64,000 bases of DNA from Candidatus Eiseniibacteriota bacterium (lineage in GTDB: Bacteria; Eisenbacteria; RBG-16-71-46), in NCBI GenBank assembly GCA_038231135.1, contig JBBRLX010000006.1:1-64000 (forward strand), read 5' to 3'. Each line of letters begins with the position of its first letter. Position 1 is the first letter of the stretch. The notes beneath the pieces were generated by a model. That model was not told the DNA's origin. It saw nothing but the letters and a program-made list of their open reading frames with translations, and did no database searches. Position numbers and translations under genes: made by a program. Shown one piece after another: positions 58,240-64,000 of this stretch.

Positions 58240-59462
58240 CCGCGTCGATGCCTGCTCCGCGCCGCCGCGTGCTCGCCGCGATGAGCGGTGGCGTCGATTC
58301 CGCGGTGGCCGCGGCGCTGCTCGCGGAGCAGGGCCACGACGTCACCGGCGTGACGCTCAAGCTGTGGTGCTACGGCACCTCGCCGGTGTCGCCGCGCGCG
58401 TGCTGCACGCTCGACGCGATCGACGACGCGCGCTCGGTGGCGCGGCGCATGGGGTTCCCGCACTTCACGGTCGAGGCCGAGGAGGTGTTCCGCGCGCGCG
58501 TGCTGCAGCCGTTTCTCGACGCCTACGCCGAGGGCCGGACGCCGTATCCATGCGCGCTGTGCAACCAGCACCTCAAGTTCGGCGACCTGGTGTCGCGCAT
58601 GGAGCTGATCGGCGCCGACACGCTTGCGACCGGCCACTACGCGCGCGTCACGCAGGAGCCCGACGGGCCCGCGCTATGGCGCGCCGCCGACACCACCAAG
58701 GACCAGAGCTACGCGCTGGCGCTGGTGCCGTACGCCGCGCTCGGCCGGGCGGTGTTCCCGCTGGGCGCGCTCGAGAAGTCCGAGGTGCGCGGCCATGCCG
58801 AGCGCCTGGGGCTGACCGTGTGGGACAAGCCCGAGAGCCAGGATCTGTGCTTCGTGCCCGATGGCGACTACGCCGGCTACATGACCTCGAAACTCGGCGA
58901 GACGCGCGGCACCGCGCCCGGCGCGTTCGTCACCGCGGGGGGGCGCGAGGTCGGTGCGCATCGCGGCATCATCCACTACACGGTCGGCCAGCGGCGCGGC
59001 CTCGGCATCGGGTCGGGCGAGCCGCTCTACGTGCTGTCGATCGATTCCGCGCGCAACCAGGTCGTGGTCGGCGCCCGCAGTGAGCTCGATTCACCGGGGC
59101 TCGTCACCGGTCCCATGAACTGGCTGGTGCCCGAGCCGCCCGCCGCGGGGACGCGCGCCGAAGTCCAGATCCGCTCGCATCACACGCCGGCCGCCGTGAC
59201 GCTCCATCCGCGGCCCGACGGCGGCGTCGAGGCGTGGTTCGACGTGCCGCAGGCCGCGGTCACGCCGGGCCAGCTCGCGGTGTTCTATTGCGGCGATCGC
59301 GTGCTCGGCGGCGCCACGATCGCGGGCGCGACCCAGGCGGAGGCGGCGGGCTCCGGCTCCGTGCGCGCCCTGGCGACGGCCGCCGCCACGCTCGCGACGG
59401 CGCCGACGGCGGCGACGGCCGCTGCACCGTCGCCGGACGCGACCGCCGCCGCGAGCGTGTGA
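58236..59462 (+). CDS. mnmA: tRNA 2-thiouridine(34) synthase MnmA
   Basis: MSGGVDS, TPYPCALCN, ATGHY, KDQSY, ESQDLCF, TVGQRRG, TPGQ. Confidence 0.96.
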   Translation: MTASMPAPRRRVLAAMSGGVDSAVAAALLAEQGHDVTGVTLKLWCYGTSPVSPRACCTLDAIDDARSVARRMGFPHFTVEAEEVFRARVLQPFLDAYAEGRTPYPCALCNQHLKFGDLVSRMELIGADTLATGHYARVTQEPDGPALWRAADTTKDQSYALALVPYAALGRAVFPLGALEKSEVRGHAERLGLTVWDKPESQDLCFVPDGDYAGYMTSKLGETRGTAPGAFVTAGGREVGAHRGIIHYTVGQRRGLGIGSGEPLYVLSIDSARNQVVVGARSELDSPGLVTGPMNWLVPEPPAAGTRAEVQIRSHHTPAAVTLHPRPDGGVEAWFDVPQAAVTPGQLAVFYCGDRVLGGATIAGATQAEAAGSGSVRALATAAATLATAPTAATAAAPSPDATAAASV

Positions 59463-60391
59463 GCACCGTACCCGCCACCGCCGCGAGCCCGCCGCTCGCG
59501 GTGCGCACGCTCGAACGCTGCCTGGTGTGCGGGAGTGCGAGGCTCCTGCCGCTCGGGATGGCCTACGAGTTCCGCGGCCGGCGCTTTCCCGCCGTGCGGT
59601 GCCACGAGTGCGGGATGCGGTTCCTCGCCGTCCAGCCCGCTCCCGAGGCGTTCGCGGAACTCTACGGCGCCGAGTACTTCGAGACCGATTTTCGCTGCGG
59701 CCGCAGCGACGCCCATTCGTTCGCCGAGGCCGCGTTCCGGGCCGAGAACGCCGGGTTGCTCGACGAGTTCGCGAAGCTCGGGCCCCCGGGCCGGCTGCTC
59801 GAGGTGGGCAGCGCGAGCGGCTGGCTGCTGCGCCACGCCGCGGAGCGTGGCTGGCAGGCGCGCGGCGTCGAGCTGTCCGGGGAGGCGGTCGCACATTCGC
59901 GCTCGATTGGCGCCGAGGTGTTCCATGGCGATCTGCTTGCCGCGCAGTTCCCGGCGGCGTCGTTTGACCTGATCTACCTGGGCGACGTGCTCGAGCACGT
60001 GCCCGACTGCCGTTCTGTGATGGCGGAGGTCGCTCGCCTGCTGGCGCCGGGCGGGCAGCTCTACCTGCGCGGGCCGATCACCACGAACTCGCTGGCCCGC
60101 CGGCTCGCGCTCGCGGCCATGGCGGCGACCGGCCGCACGATCGTGCTGCGCGAGCCGCCGTACCACCTGTGGGAGTTCACGCCGGCATCGCTGCGCCGGC
60201 TGGTGGCGGACTGCGGGCTCGAACTCGTTGCGATGCGCCAGAGCAAGATTCCCGCGGGGCGGCCGCACGGCACGAAGTCGGCGCCCGAGCGCCTGGCGCT
60301 CCGCGTGTTCGACGCCGTGAACGTCCCGATCACCCGCACGTTCCGCGTGTTCGGCGATCGCGTGGTGATGATCGCCCGCCAGCCGCGCTGA
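59459..60391 (+). CDS. Class I SAM-dependent methyltransferase with an N-terminal CxxC..CxxC
   Basis: CLVC..CHEC, LLEVGSASG, DVLEHV.D, PYHLWEF. Confidence 0.85.
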   Translation: MSTVPATAASPPLAVRTLERCLVCGSARLLPLGMAYEFRGRRFPAVRCHECGMRFLAVQPAPEAFAELYGAEYFETDFRCGRSDAHSFAEAAFRAENAGLLDEFAKLGPPGRLLEVGSASGWLLRHAAERGWQARGVELSGEAVAHSRSIGAEVFHGDLLAAQFPAASFDLIYLGDVLEHVPDCRSVMAEVARLLAPGGQLYLRGPITTNSLARRLALAAMAATGRTIVLREPPYHLWEFTPASLRRLVADCGLELVAMRQSKIPAGRPHGTKSAPERLALRVFDAVNVPITRTFRVFGDRVVMIARQPR

Positions 60392-60500
60392 TCCGCGATT
60401 CCTGGGCCGGTTTTTCCGCTGGACCTGGGGCCTAAGAGATGCGTAAGTTCCGGGCGCACAGGACACTTCGGCCTTCGATCCCCTAAGAGGAGGATGAGCC

Positions 60501-61118
60501 ATGCGATGGACGCGTGTGGTGGCAGCATGCGGGACCCTCGGCGCGATCGGCGCAATCGCGTTCGTGAGTTCGTGCGCCCAGAAGACCAGCGAAACCGCGT
60601 CCACCGGCACGGCGGGGAGTGCCATGACGATGGACCAGCGGCTCGAGCACGGGCGGCGGCTGGCGTTGTCGAGCGGCTGCGTCGACTGTCACACCCCGGG
60701 CTCCCTGTATGGCACGCCGGATACCACGCGCATGCTGTCCGGGAGCGAACTCGGCTGGCAGGGTCCGTGGGGTGTGTCGTATCCGCGCAACCTCACTCCC
60801 GATTCCACGACCGGCCTCGGCACATGGACCGAGGATCAGATCGTGACGGCGTTCACCACCGGCCATCGGCCCGACGGTACCGTGCTGCTGCCGCCGATGC
60901 CGTGGCCCGGCTTCGGGGCCGGCTTCACGCCCGATGACGCCCACGCGCTGGCCGCCTATCTCAAGTCGATCCCGGCCGTGCATCATCAGATGCCTGCGGT
61001 CATGCCGCCGGGCAAGCCCGTCAAGGGCCCGGTGATGATCTTCCCGCCGCCTCCGGCATGGGACGCGCAGAATCTGCCGCCGCCTCCTGGCGCACCGGCG
61101 GCCGCGGGCGCGCACTAA
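60501..61118 (+). CDS. Monoheme cytochrome c lipoprotein
   Basis: VSSC lipobox, CVDCHTP, NLTPD..TGLG.WT, PPMPW, AYLKSIP; GAGGAGG ribosome-binding site. Confidence 0.88.
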   Translation: MRWTRVVAACGTLGAIGAIAFVSSCAQKTSETASTGTAGSAMTMDQRLEHGRRLALSSGCVDCHTPGSLYGTPDTTRMLSGSELGWQGPWGVSYPRNLTPDSTTGLGTWTEDQIVTAFTTGHRPDGTVLLPPMPWPGFGAGFTPDDAHALAAYLKSIPAVHHQMPAVMPPGKPVKGPVMIFPPPPAWDAQNLPPPPGAPAAAGAH

Positions 61119-61167
61119 CCGCGTCAAAGGGCCTGCGCGGTTCACGCGCGGCCACGGCATCCAGTAT

Positions 61168-61206
61168 CGCGGCGGGCCCACGACGGGCCCGCCGCGTGTG
61201 TGTGTT
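61168..61206 (+). terminator. Probable terminator
   Basis: CGCGGCGGGCCC-ACGAC-GGGCCCGCCGCG followed by a TG/T-rich tract. Confidence 0.55.
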
Positions 61207-61243
61207 TGGTGGACGCCCGATCGCTTGCTAGCCTCCCCCGCCC

Positions 61244-62257
61244 ATGTCCGATCCAGCGTCGATCCATGCCCCCGCCGTCGAGGTCCGCGGCATCCGCCGC
61301 ACGTTCAAGGCATCGCGCGGCGGCGGCGAAGTGCAGGCGCTCGCGGGTGTGGACGCCCGCATCGAGCGGGGCGAGGTGTTCGGCCTCCTGGGTCCCAACG
61401 GCGCCGGCAAGACCACGCTGATCAAGATCCTCACCACGCTGCTGTACCCGAGCGCCGGCGAGGCGAAGGTCGCGGGCTACGACGTCGTGCGCGAGGACAT
61501 CGAAGTGCGCCGCCGGATCAGCCTGGTGTCGGGCGGCGAGAGCGCGGGCTACGGCATTCTCACCGTGCGCGAGTGCCTGTGGATGTTCTCCCAGTACTAT
61601 GGCGTGCCGTCGTCGGTGGCATGGCCGCGCGTGGATGCCCTGATCGACGTGGTGGGCCTCAAGGAGCACCAGCACTCGCGCATCAACCGGCTGTCGACCG
61701 GGCAGCGGCAGCGCATGAACTTCGCGCGCGGGTTCGTGAGCGACCCCGAGGTGCTGTTCCTCGACGAGCCGACGCTCGGCATGGACGTGACCGCGGCGCG
61801 CCAGCTCCGCACCTACGTCGCCGAGTGGGTGCGCGAGCGGCCCGGCCGCACGGTGCTGCTCACCACCCACTACATGGCCGAGGCCGAGGAGCTGTGCGAC
61901 CGCGTCGCGATCATCGACCGCGGCCGCGTGCTGGCGTGCGACAGCACGGCCGCGCTGCGCCGCCAGGTGCAGGGCGGCCAGCACGTGGAACTGGAGCTGC
62001 GGAACGCGGACGGCGCGCTGGCCGATCTCCGGATGCTCGGCGACACGCCCACGGCGTGGGGGGCGGTCCATCCCGAGCGCGGCACGCGGACGCTCAAGTT
62101 CCTGCTGCCGCCCGGCCGGCCGCTGGTCGACGTGCTGCGGGCGCTCGAGCTCCAGCGCGTGCGCGTGGAAGGCATTGCCACCCACGAGACCACGCTCGAG
62201 GACGTGTTCATCGCGGTGGTGGGACGCGGGCTCGAGGACCTGGAGCCGCCGTCGTGA
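61244..62257 (+). CDS. ABC transporter ATP-binding protein
   Basis: GPNGAGKTT, LSTGQ, LFLDEPT, TTHYM. Confidence 0.95.
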   Translation: MSDPASIHAPAVEVRGIRRTFKASRGGGEVQALAGVDARIERGEVFGLLGPNGAGKTTLIKILTTLLYPSAGEAKVAGYDVVREDIEVRRRISLVSGGESAGYGILTVRECLWMFSQYYGVPSSVAWPRVDALIDVVGLKEHQHSRINRLSTGQRQRMNFARGFVSDPEVLFLDEPTLGMDVTAARQLRTYVAEWVRERPGRTVLLTTHYMAEAEELCDRVAIIDRGRVLACDSTAALRRQVQGGQHVELELRNADGALADLRMLGDTPTAWGAVHPERGTRTLKFLLPPGRPLVDVLRALELQRVRVEGIATHETTLEDVFIAVVGRGLEDLEPPS

Positions 62258-63081
62258 GCACCACGATCGTCCGCGGTCCGGCGCTCGAGGTGCGCGCGTG
62301 CCTGGCGCGCGCGTACGTGCGGCTCGTGGGATCGGTGCGGGAGCCGTCGTGGATCATCAACGACGCGGTGTTCCCGGCACTCGGCATGGTCGCGTTCGTG
62401 CTGCTGTACCGCGCGCTGGGCGCGCCGCGCAGCTACGAGGCGGTGGCCGTGATCGGCGGCATCCTGTCCACGTTCTGGCTCAACGTGCTGTGGGGCATGG
62501 GCGCCCAGCTCTACTGGGAGAAGCAGCAGGGCCAGCTCCAGTTGTATTTCGCGGCGCCGTGCTCGCGCATGGCGATCCTCGCCGGCATGGCGCTGGGCGG
62601 CCTCGGCATGACCTCGGTGCGCGCGATCTTCGGCATCGCCCTCGGGTTCGGCGTGTTCGGCGTGCGCGTGCAGCCATTCTCGATCGGCGAACTGCTGGGC
62701 GTGTTCCTGCTGACGATGTTCGCGCTGTATGCGCTCGGCATGGTGCTCGCGTCACTGTTCCTGTTGTATGGCCGCGAGGCGTGGCATCTGTGCAACGCGC
62801 TCACCGAGCCGGTGTACTTCCTGTCGGGAATGTACTTTCCGCTGCGCACGCTGGGAGCGCTCGGCGGCGTGGTCGCGGGGATCATCCCGCTCGCGCTCGG
62901 CATCGACGCCATGCGCCAGGTGCTGCTCGGCCGCGGCGCCCACGGCATGCTGCCGGTCGCCCTGGAGGCCGGGATCCTCGCCGCGCTGGGCGCGGCGCTG
63001 CTGGTGCTGGCGCGGTTCACGCTGCGTTACCTCGAGGGCCTGTCGAAGCGCGAAGGCCGGCTCACCCAGCGATGGCAGTGA
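62254..63081 (+). CDS. ABC-2 type permease
   Basis: About six TMs, WEKQQGQL, LSG.YFP; overlaps the ATPase stop. Confidence 0.88.
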   Translation: MSTTIVRGPALEVRACLARAYVRLVGSVREPSWIINDAVFPALGMVAFVLLYRALGAPRSYEAVAVIGGILSTFWLNVLWGMGAQLYWEKQQGQLQLYFAAPCSRMAILAGMALGGLGMTSVRAIFGIALGFGVFGVRVQPFSIGELLGVFLLTMFALYALGMVLASLFLLYGREAWHLCNALTEPVYFLSGMYFPLRTLGALGGVVAGIIPLALGIDAMRQVLLGRGAHGMLPVALEAGILAALGAALLVLARFTLRYLEGLSKREGRLTQRWQ

Positions 63082-63085
63082 CGCG

Positions 63086-63928
63086 ATGACGGCGCTCGTA
63101 CAGCGCGCCCGCGCCGCCGCCTGGCTCGGCTGGCAGATCGAATCGAACTGGGCGGACTGGTTCACGTTCTCGGTCTACACGCTGATCCGTCCGATCGGCA
63201 CCGCGCTGATCCTCGGCGGCATGTACTGGGCCGTCGGCGGCGCTGCCCGCCACGCGTCGCTGTTCGCGGCGTTCTACCTCGCCAACGCGTTGCACGAGTA
63301 CGTCACGCGCGTGCTCGTCGGCATGGGCTGGGTCGTGGTCGAGGAACGCGAGGACTACGAGACGCTCAAGCTGGTATACACCTCGCCGGTCGGCATGCGC
63401 ACGTACCTGCTGGGCCGGGCCGGCGTGAAGTTCGGCCTCGCGACCTGCAGCGCCGTGCTGGTGCTGGCGCTCGGCTGGTTCGCGCTCGGCGTGCGGTGGC
63501 ACTGGGGCGACGTGCGCTGGCTGCCGCTCGCGGTCGCGGTCGGGATGATCCTGGTCTCGACGCTGTTCCTGGGGTTCCTCGTCGCCGGGTTCGCGCTGCT
63601 GCTGACGCGCGCCGCCGTGAGCATGAACGAAGGCGTGTCGATCGGACTCTATCTGCTGTGCGGCGTGATCTTCCCGATCGACCTGCTGCCGCATGGCCTG
63701 CGTGAGGTGGCGCTGGTGCTGCCGTTCACCTACGGCTACGAAGCCGTGCGCCGGTTCGTGCTGGGACACGGCGCGAGCGCCATGCTCGGCCGCCTCGGCG
63801 ACGTCCAGTTGCTGGGGATGCTGGCGCTCACGACGGCGCTGATCTCGGTGATCGGCTATCGCGGCTACGGCGCGCTCGAACGCAAGGCGCGGCGGGAGGG
63901 CAAGCTGGACCAGACGACGATGTTCTGA
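63086..63928 (+). CDS. ABC-2 type permease
   Basis: About six TMs, EERE..ETL, LCGVIFP...LP. Confidence 0.88.
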   Translation: MTALVQRARAAAWLGWQIESNWADWFTFSVYTLIRPIGTALILGGMYWAVGGAARHASLFAAFYLANALHEYVTRVLVGMGWVVVEEREDYETLKLVYTSPVGMRTYLLGRAGVKFGLATCSAVLVLALGWFALGVRWHWGDVRWLPLAVAVGMILVSTLFLGFLVAGFALLLTRAAVSMNEGVSIGLYLLCGVIFPIDLLPHGLREVALVLPFTYGYEAVRRFVLGHGASAMLGRLGDVQLLGMLALTTALISVIGYRGYGALERKARREGKLDQTTMF

Positions 63929-64000
63929 ACGGCGTCGCTACTTCGCCGGGTCCGCCTCGCCGGTCTGGGAGTAATTCGCCTCGAGCCACGTCGCCGCGTC

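Noticed and set aside
33515..61118. The three c-type cytochromes as one electron-transfer system
   Set aside because: They are 10-15 kb apart and separated by unrelated genes; nothing in the sequence links them
63938..64000. 3' end of a minus-strand gene at the window edge
   Set aside because: Only about 20 codons visible; cannot be identified

Overview
A high-GC, gene-dense chromosomal segment from a diderm bacterium. The porX-like/tsaE pairing, Bacteroidota-style LptD and kinase-less PASTA protein suggest an FCB-related candidate lineage such as Eisenbacteria (inference only). Most of the window is housekeeping: a propionyl-CoA carboxylase/methylmalonyl-CoA cluster, tgt-yajC-def-fmt-rsmB-PASTA-rpe-ffh-rpsP, serS, porX-like-tsaE-tsaB/rimI-accD-folC-lptD, CBS/CGL transsulfuration, oxoprolinase A/B, a GH3 hexosaminidase, an S41 protease, desulfurase-mnmA and an ABC exporter. 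The top finding is missed by the ORF track. A single reading frame at 33515..34939 is interrupted by one in-frame UGA (C-G-UGA, 33671-33673) that is followed by a SECIS-like hairpin. It would encode an exported selenoprotein with a 5'-nucleotidase-like fold that has lost most of its metal ligands, fused to a four-CxxCH cytochrome c domain, directly upstream of CBS-CGL. Other notable items are a Cyc2-like cytochrome-porin fusion, a low-GC islet with a HEPN-like RxxxxH orphan next to a collapsed pseudogene, an RsmB with a ~359-aa RGG-repeat extension, an LptA-like/LptD fusion, an oxoprolinase gene with no canonical start codon, and a recurring leaderless-type promoter layout. I saw no rRNA, tRNA, CRISPR array, transposase or integrase. 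All calls come from reading the sequence; no database searches were run.
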